A stretch of 64,000 nt of DNA, taken from positions 45 through 64,044 of the forward strand of contig JAUXOC010000100.1 of NCBI GenBank assembly GCA_030682495.1, written 5' to 3'. The stretch comes from Alphaproteobacteria bacterium (lineage in GTDB: Bacteria > Pseudomonadota > Alphaproteobacteria > Micavibrionales > UBA2020). This document shows, in pieces, positions 1 through 13,306 of this stretch. The number at the start of each line of letters is the position of its first letter. Within the stretch, counting starts at the first letter, position 1. Both the position numbers and the translations under genes were made by a program. Below the pieces are notes generated by a model. It was not told the DNA's origin. It saw only the letters and a program-made list of their open reading frames with translations, and ran no database searches.

Positions 1-509
1 ATCCCAAGCAAGGCACCATTGAAGACCAAAGCGTTTTCACCATGATGGATGCAGCGAAATTAAATTTTCCGAAGTCATGGGAAATGGTCGGCCAGAGCTT
101 CAGAGACATGAACCGGCTCAGTCTTCAGCTGCACAACAAGAGTGCCACCGGTGGCATTGATGGATTTATCATGATAAATGCTGTGCGCCGCCACCGCGTT
201 ACCAGCCTGACGAAAGAAATTGACGAGCTAAAAAAGTACTTAGACACGCAAATGGCGATCACTGTCACGGACATGCTAAGCAGTGAAAAATCCGCTGCCG
301 CAGAGCGTTTTATCTTCAACCGCTATGAAATCTACAGCGTCGAAAGCACCCGCCGCGCACAAAGCAAGCAAGACCTGCATCTCGTCGTCCTCGGCGACAA
401 GGAATGGTATATTATGATTTTCATGATGACGATGCGCGAAGAAGAGCGCCTTTATGCTTGGGCGCGCAATGTCAAAACACTCGAAGAAATCGTACGGTCG
501 ATCAAATAA
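1..509 (+). CDS. hypothetical protein, probably truncated by the window start
   Basis: Track ORF 42..509. The frame stays open upstream to base 3, so the start may lie outside the window. Hairpin plus T-tract follows at 543..572. No recognisable motif. Visibly more AT-rich than the rest of the window. Confidence 0.4.
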   Translation, partial: PKQGTIEDQSVFTMMDAAKLNFPKSWEMVGQSFRDMNRLSLQLHNKSATGGIDGFIMINAVRRHRVTSLTKEIDELKKYLDTQMAITVTDMLSSEKSAAAERFIFNRYEIYSVESTRRAQSKQDLHLVVLGDKEWYIMIFMMTMREEERLYAWARNVKTLEEIVRSIK

Positions 510-542
510 AGGAAAAATTCCCCCGTATCACAAGGACTTGAA

Positions 543-572
543 CGGCACCGCAGGCGGTGCCGTTTGCTTTTT
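543..572 (+). terminator. rho-independent terminator candidate
   Basis: cggcaccg / cagg loop / cggtgccg followed by tttgcttttt, about 35 nt after the stop at 509. Confidence 0.55.
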
Positions 573-626
573 GCAGCATTTACATGGATAATCTTTCTAT
601 TCCCGTTCACAACGCCACAGGTTCAG

Positions 627-797
627 ATGACAAACAAGGTAGATGCTTCCGGCGACAAAAAACTCTCCGGTATGGAACAGATGATGCTGCGCGATCTTGA
701 CCGTATGAAACCATCGAACGACAAGATACTCGAAAACTGTGATCTTCTCCGCCGCGACCTTGCCCGTCTCAAGCAGAAGCCAAAGCCTGCGCCCTGA
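627..797 (+). CDS. small hypothetical protein (56 aa)
   Basis: The track ORF starts at TTG 564, inside the upstream terminator tail. The first ATG (627, MTNKVDASG...) is the more plausible start. Charged, coiled-coil-like, no known motif. Confidence 0.3.
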   Translation: MTNKVDASGDKKLSGMEQMMLRDLDRMKPSNDKILENCDLLRRDLARLKQKPKPAP

Positions 798-817
798 CCA
801 ACGTATCCTGCCCCCAC

Positions 818-849
818 AAAAAACCCCCGCCATACGGCGGGGGTTTTTG
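818..849. terminator. bidirectional rho-independent terminator
   Basis: aaaaaa-cccccgcc-atac-ggcggggg-ttttt lies between convergent genes (stop 797 on plus, glnA stop 871 on minus). A-tract upstream and T-tract downstream. Confidence 0.75.
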
Positions 850-870
850 CGTTGAGAGAACCGCGGATGT

Positions 871-2340
871 TTACACAGAGTAATACATCGCGAATTCGAT
901 CGGGTGCGGCATGGTTTCGTAGGCTTTTACTTCAGCATAGCGCAGCTCCAGATAGCTTTCGATGAAGTCCTTGCTGAACACACCGCCTTTGAGCAGGAAG
1001 TCGTGATCGTCGCGCAGGGAGTCCAGCGCCTCGCGGAGGCTGCCGCAAACGGTCGGGATTTCCGACAGTTCTTCAGGTGGCAGGTCGTAGAGGTTCTTGT
1101 CCATCGCCTCGCCGGGATGGATTTTCTTCTGGATACCGTCCAGACCCGCCATCAGCATCGCTGCAAAAGCGAGATAGGCATTGGCGGCCGGATCGGGGAA
1201 GCGTACTTCCACACGTTTCGCCTTCGGCCCTACCGCAAAGGGAATGCGGCAGGATGCGGAACGGTTACGCGCGGAGTATGCGAGCAACACAGGCGCCTCA
1301 TAGCCCGGCACCAGACGTTTGTAGCTGTTGGTGGTCGGGTTGGTGATGGCATTCAGTGCCTTGGCATGGCGGATGATGCCGCCGATGTAATACAGGCAGG
1401 TTTCCGACAGATCCGCATAACCGGAGCCGGCAAACAGCGGCTTGCCCGCCTTCCAGATCGACTGGTGTACGTGCATCCCCGACCCGTTGTCGCCAAAAAC
1501 CGGCTTCGGCAGGAAGGTCGCGGATTTGCCGTAGGCATGCGCAACGTTATGCACGACATATTTATAAAGCTGCATGTTATCCGCGCTGTTGACGAGCGTG
1601 GAGAATTTGAGACCCAGTTCCACCTGCGATGGCGCCACTTCGTGGTGGTGTTTTTCCATCGGCACGCCCATACGCGCAAGAACGGATGTCATTTCCGCGC
1701 GCAGGTCGTTGGAGCTGTCAATCGGCTGGACGGGGAAATAGCCGCCCTTCACACCCGGACGGTGGCCCATGTTGCCATGTTCGTATTCGGTGCCGGAGTT
1801 ATAGGGGCCTTCCATGCTGTCGATTTCATAGGACACACGGTTCATCTGTACGCTGATGCGCACGTCGTCGAAGATAAAGAATTCAGCTTCGGGGCCGAAG
1901 AAAGCCGTATCGCCCACACCGGTCGATTGCAGATATTGTTCTGCCGCACGCGCGATGGAGCGCGGGTCACGCGAATAAGGCTGGCCGGTCGAAGGTTCAT
2001 AGACGTCACAGAAAACGTCCAGCGTCGGCATCGCGCTGAAGGGGTCCAGAACAGCGGTCGAAACATCCGGCATCAAAATCATGTCGGATTCGTTGATCGC
2101 CTTCCAGCCCGCCAGCGAAGAACCGTCGAACATGATGCCGTCCGTCAGCATGTCTTCGTCAACCGTGGCAGTATGCTGCGCCGTGTGTTGCAGCTTGCCG
2201 CGAATATCGGTGAAGCGGAAAGCAACGTATTCAATATTGTGTTCTTTGACGAGTTTGAAGAAAGGCGCGAAGCTCTGCTTGCCTTTTGCGGCTTTCGCAG
2301 GGGTTTTCGCCACTTTAAGTTTTGCGGTAGATTTTGCCAT
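871..2340 (-). CDS. glnA: glutamine synthetase type I
   Basis: 489 aa; GS-I pattern throughout ([43 protein letters not shown]); immediately downstream of glnB. Confidence 0.97.
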   Translation of the reverse strand: MAKSTAKLKVAKTPAKAAKGKQSFAPFFKLVKEHNIEYVAFRFTDIRGKLQHTAQHTATVDEDMLTDGIMFDGSSLAGWKAINESDMILMPDVSTAVLDPFSAMPTLDVFCDVYEPSTGQPYSRDPRSIARAAEQYLQSTGVGDTAFFGPEAEFFIFDDVRISVQMNRVSYEIDSMEGPYNSGTEYEHGNMGHRPGVKGGYFPVQPIDSSNDLRAEMTSVLARMGVPMEKHHHEVAPSQVELGLKFSTLVNSADNMQLYKYVVHNVAHAYGKSATFLPKPVFGDNGSGMHVHQSIWKAGKPLFAGSGYADLSETCLYYIGGIIRHAKALNAITNPTTNSYKRLVPGYEAPVLLAYSARNRSASCRIPFAVGPKAKRVEVRFPDPAANAYLAFAAMLMAGLDGIQKKIHPGEAMDKNLYDLPPEELSEIPTVCGSLREALDSLRDDHDFLLKGGVFSKDFIESYLELRYAEVKAYETMPHPIEFAMYYSV

Positions 2341-2424
2341 GTGTTTTCTCCTCTGGCCGTTTGGTTTTTGTGTTTGCCGTGTCTGTGTGTGAAGTATGGT
2401 TTTGAATAAAAAATATATGTCGGC

Positions 2425-2838
<414 letters not shown>

Positions 2839-3060
2839 CTATATGATTTTAATTGTTTTTTTGTAGGTTGCGTCCCTGTCGCCCGCTCAAAAAACGGGCA
2901 TGTGCCTAAAAAAGCGGCAGAAGACTGGCGTGAAGCTCTGAGAGTTTGTATACTTTACTATGTAATGGCCTTGACCCTGAGCGCGGCTTTCTGATAAAAC
3001 CGCGCGGTGTCGGACAAGGGACGAAGTCGGTTTCAAGGTTTCGGAAATTGCAGCACTTGT

Positions 3061-3136
3061 GGCGGTCGTAGCTCAGCGGTAGAGCGCTTGGTTGTGGTCC
3101 AAGATGTCGCGGGTTCAAACCCCGTCGATCGCCCCA
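3061..3136 (+). tRNA. tRNA-His (anticodon GTG), genomically encoded G-1 and CCA
   Basis: Cloverleaf folded by hand: acceptor GCGGTCG/CGATCGC, anticodon stem CTTGG/CCAAG with loop TTGTGGT, T-loop GGTTCAAAC. An extra 5' G (3061) sits opposite discriminator C73. Confidence 0.95.
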
Positions 3137-3196
3137 CTCTCTCCCCCTTCCCTTTCACGCCCTTTTCCTTGCGCGCGTAACCTGCAATAATCGCGC

Positions 3197-4690
3197 ATGT
3201 TCGAAATTCTCTCCGCCGCCGAAATGAAAAAAGCAGACTTGGCCGCCGTGGCCAGCGGCACGCCGGCGCATGTGCTGATCTCCGCCGCTGCTGCCGGCCT
3301 TGCTGCCGCTATCGAAGATTTTGCGCAGCCCTGCCGCGTACTGTTTCTTTGCGGCGCGGGCAATAACGGCGCCGATGGTTTCGTCGCGGCGCAGATGCTC
3401 TCGCAAAAACCGGACTGGCACGTGCGCGTGGCCTGCCTTGTTAAAAAGAATACGCTGAAAGGCGATGCTGCCGAAGCCGCGGAAGCCTGGCAAGGCACCA
3501 CCGAAAATCTCAATTCCAATTTACCGGTGCATCAGACAGACTTGATTATCGATGCTGTTTTCGGCACAGGCTTTACAGGAAGCCTGCCTCCAGAGCTTGT
3601 CATCCTCTTCGACAAAATCCGCGCAAAAAATATCCCCGTGGTCGCGGCAGATATTCCCTCCGGCATGGATGCCACCTCGGGCGCGATTGCCGAAGGCACG
3701 CTGAAGGCCGATCTGACCGTTGTTTTCTGCCGCAAGAAAATCGCCCACGTACTGGCCGCGACGCGCGGATACCTCGGTACGCTGCAACTGGCGGCCGTAC
3801 CCATTGATGATGCGCAAATTGCCGCACTCGGCACATCTGTTTTTGAAAACCATCCGGCACTGTGGCTGCCCAGCTTTCCGTTTCCTGCGGCCGAAGCGCA
3901 TAAATACACGCGCGGCCATGTCATGGTTTATGGTGGGCCGCAGCGTACCGGCGCGGCCTGCCTCGCCGCCCATGCCGCACAGGTTGCAGGCGCGGGCGTT
4001 GTCAGCATCGCCTGCGCAGCTGAACAAAAAATGATTTACAGCCTCTACCGTGCCAGCCTGATGACCGATGTCTGGAACAGCGAAGAAGAGTTCAAAACGC
4101 TGCTGCGCGATGAACGTACCAATGTCGCCTTGATCGGCCCCGGCGGCGGCGCAGCGGGCGACGCTGCAGACCGCTTGCGCACAGCCACACTGAACGCCCT
4201 GTCGATGGCTGGCAAAACAGCCGTGCTGGACGGCGATGTCTTCACGGTTTTCAAAAACGATCCGGACACCTTGTTCAACCATCTGTCCAAACGACATATA
4301 TTGACACCGCACGAAGGAGAATTTGCGCGGATCTTCGGCGACCTGCCCGGCAGCAAGCTTGCCCGCGCCCGCGCCGCCGCGCGCAAGGCAAATGCGATTG
4401 TTATCCTCAAAGGCTTCGATACCGTCATCGCCGCGCCAGATGGGACGGCCGTGGTCAATACCAACGGCACACCGATTCTGGCAACAGCCGGTACGGGAGA
4501 TGTGCTCGCGGGACTCGTTGCGGGATTCGCGGCGCAAGGTATGCCCCCCTTCATGGCAGCCCTTGCAGGGGTCTGGTTGCATGCGGATGCCGCCCGTCTG
4601 CACGGCTCGGCGCTGACCGCTGAAGATATTATTTTCAATATAAATCAGTCACTTAAGAACCTTCTCGGCACAAAGCAAGAAAATACCTAA
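3197..4690 (+). CDS. nnr: bifunctional NAD(P)H-hydrate repair enzyme (epimerase/dehydratase, YjeF family)
   Basis: 497 aa; N-terminal YjeF_N pattern (GAGNNGADGF, DAVFGTG) and C-terminal carbohydrate-kinase-like domain (TPHEGEF, GTGDVLAG). Confidence 0.9.
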   Translation: MFEILSAAEMKKADLAAVASGTPAHVLISAAAAGLAAAIEDFAQPCRVLFLCGAGNNGADGFVAAQMLSQKPDWHVRVACLVKKNTLKGDAAEAAEAWQGTTENLNSNLPVHQTDLIIDAVFGTGFTGSLPPELVILFDKIRAKNIPVVAADIPSGMDATSGAIAEGTLKADLTVVFCRKKIAHVLAATRGYLGTLQLAAVPIDDAQIAALGTSVFENHPALWLPSFPFPAAEAHKYTRGHVMVYGGPQRTGAACLAAHAAQVAGAGVVSIACAAEQKMIYSLYRASLMTDVWNSEEEFKTLLRDERTNVALIGPGGGAAGDAADRLRTATLNALSMAGKTAVLDGDVFTVFKNDPDTLFNHLSKRHILTPHEGEFARIFGDLPGSKLARARAAARKANAIVILKGFDTVIAAPDGTAVVNTNGTPILATAGTGDVLAGLVAGFAAQGMPPFMAALAGVWLHADAARLHGSALTAEDIIFNINQSLKNLLGTKQENT

Positions 4691-4762
4691 AATTTTAAAT
4701 AATTCCCAAATTAATTTTGGCTATGCTATAATTTAAAGATAAGAATGGGCTGAGGGTTTTTC

Positions 4763-7603
<2,841 letters not shown>

Positions 7604-7615
7604 AATCATAACATT

Positions 7616-7651
7616 TTTTGGGGCGCAGGGAACCTTCTCTGCGCCCCAAAA
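7616..7651. other. 13-bp stem-loop after the 946-aa gene (atypical terminator)
   Basis: ttttggggcgcag-ggaaccttct-ctgcgccccaaaa. The T-run is 5' and the A-run 3' of the stem on the plus strand, so it only extends the stem rather than forming a 3' U-tail. Confidence 0.35.
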
Positions 7652-7738
7652 GTTTGAAATAAAAGAGTTTTTCGCTGCGACTTGCCGTAATCCAACAGGA
7701 ATGTTATAGTGATGTATCTGGATTTTTTAGGAATGATC

Positions 7739-8371
7739 ATGTTCCAAAGACAACTTCGTAAAGAGTTTACCCGCGCGCTTTGCAAAGCGACGCTCATGGC
7801 TCTATTGCCTCTTAGTCTTGCCACTGCTTCTCTCGCCTCCGCGCAAGAGGTTGATGGCAACCGCGCCGTTCCTATTCCCACGGAACAGACTGTCACGCAG
7901 GACGTACTCTTGCTGCAGGAAGGGAAGGCGATAACAGTCGAGCCCGAAACCGAAATCAGTGTCGAAAGCGTAGAAGCGCGCTACCCTTTCATGAAAACCA
8001 CGATGGATTATCTTCGCGAAGTCAACAAGCTGCGCGAGGAAGACCTCCTTGCACGAACCACGATTATGATATCCACAGTACGTGACGTCGAGAAAAAAAC
8101 CGATATCGCCATCCTTTCGGTGACAGGACCGCTGACTTGCGGCTCCTCTCAGTGCCATGTGGGCATCTTCATCGATAAAGGCGAGGGGTATAAAGAAGCC
8201 TTCTCCGGCGCCGCCCCTCTGCCGGTCACTATTCTCAAGCAGAACGACGAACTGTCCTTCTTTTTCTGTTCCTACACCGGTCGCGCGCAATGGACGCTCA
8301 ATGGCGATGTTTTGGAGCATCAGGGCAACGTGCGTTTTCCTCAAACCGGCCCGTCCTGCCAGAGCGAATGA
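7739..8371 (+). CDS. exported hypothetical protein
   Basis: Start chosen at ATG 7739 (AGGA 8 nt upstream). Signal peptide MFQRQLRKEFTRALCKATLMALLPLSLATASLASA-QE. No catalytic motif seen. Confidence 0.6.
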   Translation: MFQRQLRKEFTRALCKATLMALLPLSLATASLASAQEVDGNRAVPIPTEQTVTQDVLLLQEGKAITVEPETEISVESVEARYPFMKTTMDYLREVNKLREEDLLARTTIMISTVRDVEKKTDIAILSVTGPLTCGSSQCHVGIFIDKGEGYKEAFSGAAPLPVTILKQNDELSFFFCSYTGRAQWTLNGDVLEHQGNVRFPQTGPSCQSE

Positions 8372-8513
8372 TTTTTTTTCAACTTCCCTCGCCCGAGCAA
8401 ACGGGACAGGTTCCCTTCCCTTTTTAGTGCCTCTTTTTTGTGAAAAGAGCAGCACCGGATGAACTAGCTTCGGACGGTTTTTGAGAGGCGCGCAATTTTC
8501 CGCCTTCTGACGT

Positions 8514-9482
8514 TTAAGCCCCCAGATATCTCGCCGGATCAAGGCTCTCTATACCGCGGCGCACTTCGAAATGCAGTTGCGGATTGGCGACCGTTCCGCT
8601 GGATCCGACCGTGCCGATAGCTTGGCCGCGCCTGATGGAATCACCGCGTTTGACCTCGACACGATCAAGATGCGCATAGGCGGTCACAAGCCCGTTTGCA
8701 TGGCGCACCAGAACCAGATTGCCGTAGCTGGCCAGATCATTTCCGACATAGGCAACTGTGCCGTCCGCCGCCGCCGCCACTGCCGCGCCGCGTGGCGCGG
8801 CGATATTGATGCCGTCATTATGCAGATGCCCCGGCTTCGGCCCGTAAGTAGAGATCACCTTGCCGCGCACCGGCCAGATAAAACCCGCACGGCTGGGCGT
8901 GCTGTCTGCGGCAATAACAGGCGCTGCGCTCTGTGCCGCTGCCGTGCGCACGGGCGCGGACTGAACAGGTGTCGATGATTGTTGCGCACCCGCGGCTGTT
9001 GCCGTCTGCCGGATTTGTGCCGGCGGCATCCGCACGGCTATCGCCTGCTGTGGCAGCGGCACCGAAGAGGGAATGCGCAAGACCTGCCCCGTACGCAGTT
9101 GATAAGGCGCCGCCAGTTTATTGATGCTGACAATCTGCGATACCGGCACACCGTAAAGACGGGCAACACCCGTGACCGTATCGCCGGCACCGGTTTTATG
9201 CTCGTTCGGCGGTGGCAATTGCAGGCGCTCTGCGGTTTTTAAATGATAGGGCGGCTTGAGGCCGTTGAGGTCGATGATATCGCGCAGCGGCAAACGGTAA
9301 CGCTCGGAAATACCGAAGACCGTATCACCATCGCGCACCATCACAACGCCCGCGCCCGCCGCGCTATCGACGCGGGTGCCAAAGTTATGCACCGGCGCCG
9401 CTTGCGGCGCGGCACAGGCCGAGATCAGAAGCAATGCCGCTCCGGCAAAAAAATGTTTATGTGTGAAAGCACGCCGCGACAC
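8514..9482 (-). CDS. nlpD: LysM-domain M23 family murein endopeptidase lipoprotein (NlpD-like)
   Basis: Lipobox LLISAC, two LysM-like segments (GDTVFGISERYRL.., GDTVTGVARLYGV..) and an M23 core (HNDGINIAAPRGAAV...YGNLVLVRHANGLVTAYAHL...GSSGTVANPQLHFEVR). Sits in pcm-surE synteny. Confidence 0.9.
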   Translation of the reverse strand: MSRRAFTHKHFFAGAALLLISACAAPQAAPVHNFGTRVDSAAGAGVVMVRDGDTVFGISERYRLPLRDIIDLNGLKPPYHLKTAERLQLPPPNEHKTGAGDTVTGVARLYGVPVSQIVSINKLAAPYQLRTGQVLRIPSSVPLPQQAIAVRMPPAQIRQTATAAGAQQSSTPVQSAPVRTAAAQSAAPVIAADSTPSRAGFIWPVRGKVISTYGPKPGHLHNDGINIAAPRGAAVAAAADGTVAYVGNDLASYGNLVLVRHANGLVTAYAHLDRVEVKRGDSIRRGQAIGTVGSSGTVANPQLHFEVRRGIESLDPARYLGA

Positions 9483-9490
9483 CGGTGGCC

Positions 9491-10204
9491 TCAGACGGGC
9501 TGGAGCGCAAAGCCGCCCGCAAGAAAGCCGTCGGCAGCGTCATCGGTAACCGGATCCGGCTCGTCGCGCGCGACATTGGGCAGCAGCGGCACGAAACGTA
9601 CCGGCATCAGCCGTTCGGTTTCATAGTTGTCTTCGGACGTGCGTGTGATGCGATAGATAAACTGGCTGGCCTTGTCGCGCCCCATGGGAATAACCATGAG
9701 GCCGCCCACCGACATTTGCGCCAGCAGCGCAGGCGGCGGCTCGTCCCCCGCAGCAGCGGTCACGATGATACGGTCGAAGGGTGCTTGCTCCGTCCAGCCT
9801 TTCATGCCGTCGGCGGCTTTGCAGGTGATATTGCGGATGCGCAGCTCGTTGATACGCTGCTCGGCGGTGGCCAGCAGCGGGCGGTGACGTTCAATGCTAT
9901 AGACGCGGCGGCACAGTTTGGCGAGGATGGCCGCCTGATAGCCCGAGCCTGTGCCGATTTCCAGCACCTTGTGCCGGTCGTTAAGCTTCATTTCCTGCGT
10001 CATGCTGGCGACCACCAGCGGCTGGCTGATCGTCTGCCCGCGGCCGATGGGCAGCGCGGTGTCTTCATAAGCCTGATCGTGGAATTGCGGCGGAATAAAC
10101 ACCTCGCGCGGGACGCGTTCAATGGCGGCCAGAACGCCGGTATCGGTGATGCCGCATTTACGCAGCTTCATGATCAGACGTATTTTGCGGGCGATAACCG
10201 TCAC
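9491..10204 (-). CDS. pcm: protein-L-isoaspartate O-methyltransferase
   Basis: SAM motif VLEIGTGSGYQAAILA, QTISQP motif; 4-nt overlap with surE. Confidence 0.93.
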   Translation of the reverse strand: MTVIARKIRLIMKLRKCGITDTGVLAAIERVPREVFIPPQFHDQAYEDTALPIGRGQTISQPLVVASMTQEMKLNDRHKVLEIGTGSGYQAAILAKLCRRVYSIERHRPLLATAEQRINELRIRNITCKAADGMKGWTEQAPFDRIIVTAAAGDEPPPALLAQMSVGGLMVIPMGRDKASQFIYRITRTSEDNYETERLMPVRFVPLLPNVARDEPDPVTDDAADGFLAGGFALQPV

Positions 10205-10989
10205 GTAAACATTCCCTGTAAATCTTCAAGTGCTTCATGCTGCGTCAGGTTCAAGGTCAGCGGCGTGATGGTGACATGCCCTGCTTTGAGCGCGCCGATA
10301 TCGTTGCTTTCGTCCTGATGGTTACGCTCCGGCGGCGGACCGATCCAGAAATAGGGCCTGCCGCGCGGGTCGGTCAGACGGTCCATTTCCTGCTTCTCCA
10401 TGCTGTAATGCCCTTGGCGCACAGCGCGGATTTGCGGAATGACGCCCTGCACCTTGCGCGGGAAATTCACACTCATCAGCGTATAACTGTCGATGCTCTT
10501 GCCGGCGAAGGCTTCAAGAATACGCGGCAGATATTCGCGCGCGATGGACCAGTCCGGCTTGCTGCCGTGTTCGTCGTAATCCTGACTGCAAGCGATAGCA
10601 GGGATATGCATCAGCGAGGCCTCGATCGCGGCGGCGATGGTGCCGGAATAGGTCACGTCATCGGCGGTATTCTGGCCGTGGTTGATACCGGTCAGCACGA
10701 TATGCGGACGGAAATCCTTCATCACCTGCTGCACGCCCAGCAAAACGGAATCTGTTGGTGTGCCGGAAACGGAATAATGACGCTTGTCGTATTCTTTCAG
10801 GCGCAGCGGCATATGGATGGTGAGTGAATGCCCCGCCGCCGACATTTGCGTTTCGGGTGCAACAACCCAGACGTTGGGCGTGATGGAGCTGACGATTTCT
10901 TCCATCACCTTGATGCCATCGGCATGGATGCTGTCGTCGTTCGAAATCAAAATGCGCGCGTCAGACAATTTTTCGGGGAAGGTCAGCAT
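10201..10989 (-). CDS. surE: 5'/3'-nucleotidase SurE
   Basis: ILISNDDSIHADGI..., GINHGQN, YSGTIAAA motifs. Confidence 0.95.
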   Translation of the reverse strand: MLTFPEKLSDARILISNDDSIHADGIKVMEEIVSSITPNVWVVAPETQMSAAGHSLTIHMPLRLKEYDKRHYSVSGTPTDSVLLGVQQVMKDFRPHIVLTGINHGQNTADDVTYSGTIAAAIEASLMHIPAIACSQDYDEHGSKPDWSIAREYLPRILEAFAGKSIDSYTLMSVNFPRKVQGVIPQIRAVRQGHYSMEKQEMDRLTDPRGRPYFWIGPPPERNHQDESNDIGALKAGHVTITPLTLNLTQHEALEDLQGMFT

Positions 10990-11087
10990 GATCTTCAGGC
11001 CACCTTACACATCTGTTCGTACTCACGATACTTAACCATCATTTTCTCCAATGATTTCAACCACTCACGACTAAGGGTGTACCACAT

Positions 11088-12422
11088 TTAAACGATGAAC
11101 TCCTCATGTGAAGCGGGTTCTTTACGTGTTTCTTTTCCGGATTTGATTTGCGCGGCAGGTTCCAGCTTTTTGACGCCGCCCATATAGGGCAGCAGCGCAT
11201 CGGGAATGACCACGCTGCCGTCGGCCTGCTGGTAATTTTCCAGCACGGCAATCAGGCAGCGACCCACGGCAACGCCCGAACCGTTGAGCGTATGCACATA
11301 GCGCGTTTGCTTGTCGCCGTCGTTTTTATAGCGTGCCATCATGCGGCGCGCCTGAAAATCGCCGCAGTTGGAGCAGCTGGAAATTTCGCGGTAGGTATTT
11401 TGCCCCGGCAGCCAGACTTCGATGTCATAGGTTTTCTTGGCCGAAAAGCCCATGTCGCCGGTGCACAGCGCCATGGTGCGGTAGGCAAGCCCGAGTTTTT
11501 GCAGGATGGTTTCGGCGCAGCCTGTCATGCGTTCCAGCTCTTCCATCGATTTGTCTTCGGAGGTGATACTGACCAGTTCGACTTTATAAAACTGGTGCTG
11601 GCGGATCATCCCGCGCGTGTCCTTGCCCGCCGCCCCCGCTTCGGAGCGGAAGCACGGCGTCAGCGATGTCAGGCGCAGCGGCAGATCGGCGGCATCAAGG
11701 ATGGTATCCAGAACCGTATTGGTGAGCGAGACTTCGGATGTCGGGATCAGCCAGTGGCCGGTGCTGGTGCGGAACAGGTCATCGGCAAATTTGGGCAGCT
11801 GCCCCGTCCCGTAAAGCGCTTCGTCGCGCACCAAAAGCGGCACGGACAATTCGGTATAGCCGTGTTCTTGCGTATGGGTGTCGAGCATAAATTGCGCGAG
11901 TGCCCGCTCCAGCCGCGCGACGCCGCTTTTCAGCAGCACAAAACGCGAACCGGACATTTTGGCGGCCGTTTCAAAATCCATACCGCCCAGCCCTTCGCCG
12001 ATATCGGTATGGTCGCGCGCGCTGTTGATGCGCGGCGGCTCGCCATGGCGGCGGACTTCGGCATTGTCTTTCTCGTCTTTACCGTTTGGCACGGCGGCAT
12101 CGGGGATATTCGGCAAAACGCTGAGGAACCCTTGAAGCTCCTCCCCCGTTTTCTTTTCGTCTTCTTCAAGATGCGCGATGCGTTCTTTCATCTCGGCCAC
12201 TTTGGCCATGATCTCGCTGGCGTCGCCGCCCTTGGATTTGATCGCGCCGATGTCCTTGGACAGAGCGTTGCGGCTGGCCTGCAGCTCCTGCATTTCGGTT
12301 TGCAGGGCGCGGCGTTTTTCGTCGAGCGCGATGATCTGCGGCGTCTGCGGCGCAAGGCCGCGGCGATGCCAGCCGGAATCATAATGCTCGGGCATTTCCC
12401 GAATGTGCTTAAGATCGAACAT
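11088..12422 (-). CDS. serS: seryl-tRNA synthetase
   Basis: 444 aa; [10 protein letters not shown]-terminal coiled-coil arm; class II motifs ([32 protein letters not shown]). Confidence 0.97.
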   Translation of the reverse strand: MFDLKHIREMPEHYDSGWHRRGLAPQTPQIIALDEKRRALQTEMQELQASRNALSKDIGAIKSKGGDASEIMAKVAEMKERIAHLEEDEKKTGEELQGFLSVLPNIPDAAVPNGKDEKDNAEVRRHGEPPRINSARDHTDIGEGLGGMDFETAAKMSGSRFVLLKSGVARLERALAQFMLDTHTQEHGYTELSVPLLVRDEALYGTGQLPKFADDLFRTSTGHWLIPTSEVSLTNTVLDTILDAADLPLRLTSLTPCFRSEAGAAGKDTRGMIRQHQFYKVELVSITSEDKSMEELERMTGCAETILQKLGLAYRTMALCTGDMGFSAKKTYDIEVWLPGQNTYREISSCSNCGDFQARRMMARYKNDGDKQTRYVHTLNGSGVAVGRCLIAVLENYQQADGSVVIPDALLPYMGGVKKLEPAAQIKSGKETRKEPASHEEFIV

Positions 12423-12475
12423 GTTTTTTCTCTGTGATAAAGGACGCAGCCAACCCGAAACCCAACGGCTTTATA

Positions 12476-13306
12476 TTATTCGCTTTTTGCTGCGCGGTCT
12501 AGATTTGATTGGGCGTCATCTTTGCTGTCCGGCGCTGTCGTTTGCGCTTTCTTTTTTTCCGCGCCTCGCAGCAGAAAAATAGAAACTTCGTAGAGCAGCA
12601 GCAGCGGCGCGGCGAGCAAGATCTGGCTGATGACATCAGGCGGCGTGACAAAGGCCGCGACGACAAAAACAATCACAACCATATAGCGGCGTTTTTCGGC
12701 CAGCCCCTTGGCCGTCACAAAGCCGGCGCGCCCCAGAAGCATCAGCAAAACAGGCAGTTGAAAGGAAATGCCAAAGGCAAAAATGAGCCCCATGACAAGG
12801 CCAAGATATTCGCTGACCCGCGCTTCCAGCTGGATCGCCAAGCCGCCCGGCGCGGGCGTGAGGCTTTCGAACCCTGCGAAAAATTTCCACGCCAGCGGCA
12901 TCACGGCGTAATAAACAAAGGCTGCGCCTGCCAAAAACAGCAAAGGCGTGGCCACGATAAACGGCAGAAAAACCCGCTTTTCGTTTTTATAAAGCCCCGG
13001 CGCGACAAACATCCATATCTGAGACGCCACATAAGGAAACGCCAGAAAACCTCCGGCAAAACAGGATAATTTCATATAGGTGATAAAGGCTTCGCCCATG
13101 CCGGTATAGATCAGGCGGCGGTTATCCCCCGTCAGCACATCAGCAAGCGGCCGCACCAGAAACCCGTAGATATACTCCGCCACAAAAAAACACAGACCGC
13201 TCAAAACCACAAAAACGATCAGCGCGCGGATGAGCCGCTGGCGCAATTCGGTCAGATGTCCGACCAGTGGCATGGTTTTAAATTCAGGGTTATCAGCCGG
13301 GTGCAT
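12476..13306 (-). CDS. tatC: twin-arginine translocase subunit TatC
   Basis: MPLVGHLTELRQRLI..., six predicted TM helices, tatA-tatB-tatC order. Start could be M1 (13306) or M12. Confidence 0.95.
   Translation of the reverse strand: MHPADNPEFKTMPLVGHLTELRQRLIRALIVFVVLSGLCFFVAEYIYGFLVRPLADVLTGDNRRLIYTGMGEAFITYMKLSCFAGGFLAFPYVASQIWMFVAPGLYKNEKRVFLPFIVATPLLFLAGAAFVYYAVMPLAWKFFAGFESLTPAPGGLAIQLEARVSEYLGLVMGLIFAFGISFQLPVLLMLLGRAGFVTAKGLAEKRRYMVVIVFVVAAFVTPPDVISQILLAAPLLLLYEVSIFLLRGAEKKKAQTTAPDSKDDAQSNLDRAAKSE

Noticed and set aside
564-626. TTG start of the 77-aa track ORF
   Set aside because: The codon lies in the T-tract of the upstream terminator hairpin (543..572). The first ATG at 627 is more plausible, and even that gene is low confidence.
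904-2409. 501-aa plus-strand ORF antisense to glnA. Similar long antisense ORFs include 11148..12437, 15441..16844, 19851..21218, 40940..43303, 43656..44876, 45009..46463, 47983..49176, 52753..54873, 55060..56643, 56900..58915 and 59279..62191.
   Set aside because: Each lies opposite a gene with unmistakable family motifs or phage synteny. Their products are Arg/Gly/Ala/His-rich low-complexity strings typical of shadow frames in high-GC DNA, and none has an RBS-like sequence or recognisable motif.
2906-3118. 70-aa minus-strand ORF
   Set aside because: It overlaps tRNA-His on the opposite strand and has no coding features.
7616-7651. Classical intrinsic terminator after the 946-aa gene
   Set aside because: The T-run precedes and the A-run follows the stem on the coding strand, so there is no 3' U-tract in either direction. 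It is kept only as a stem-loop of uncertain function.
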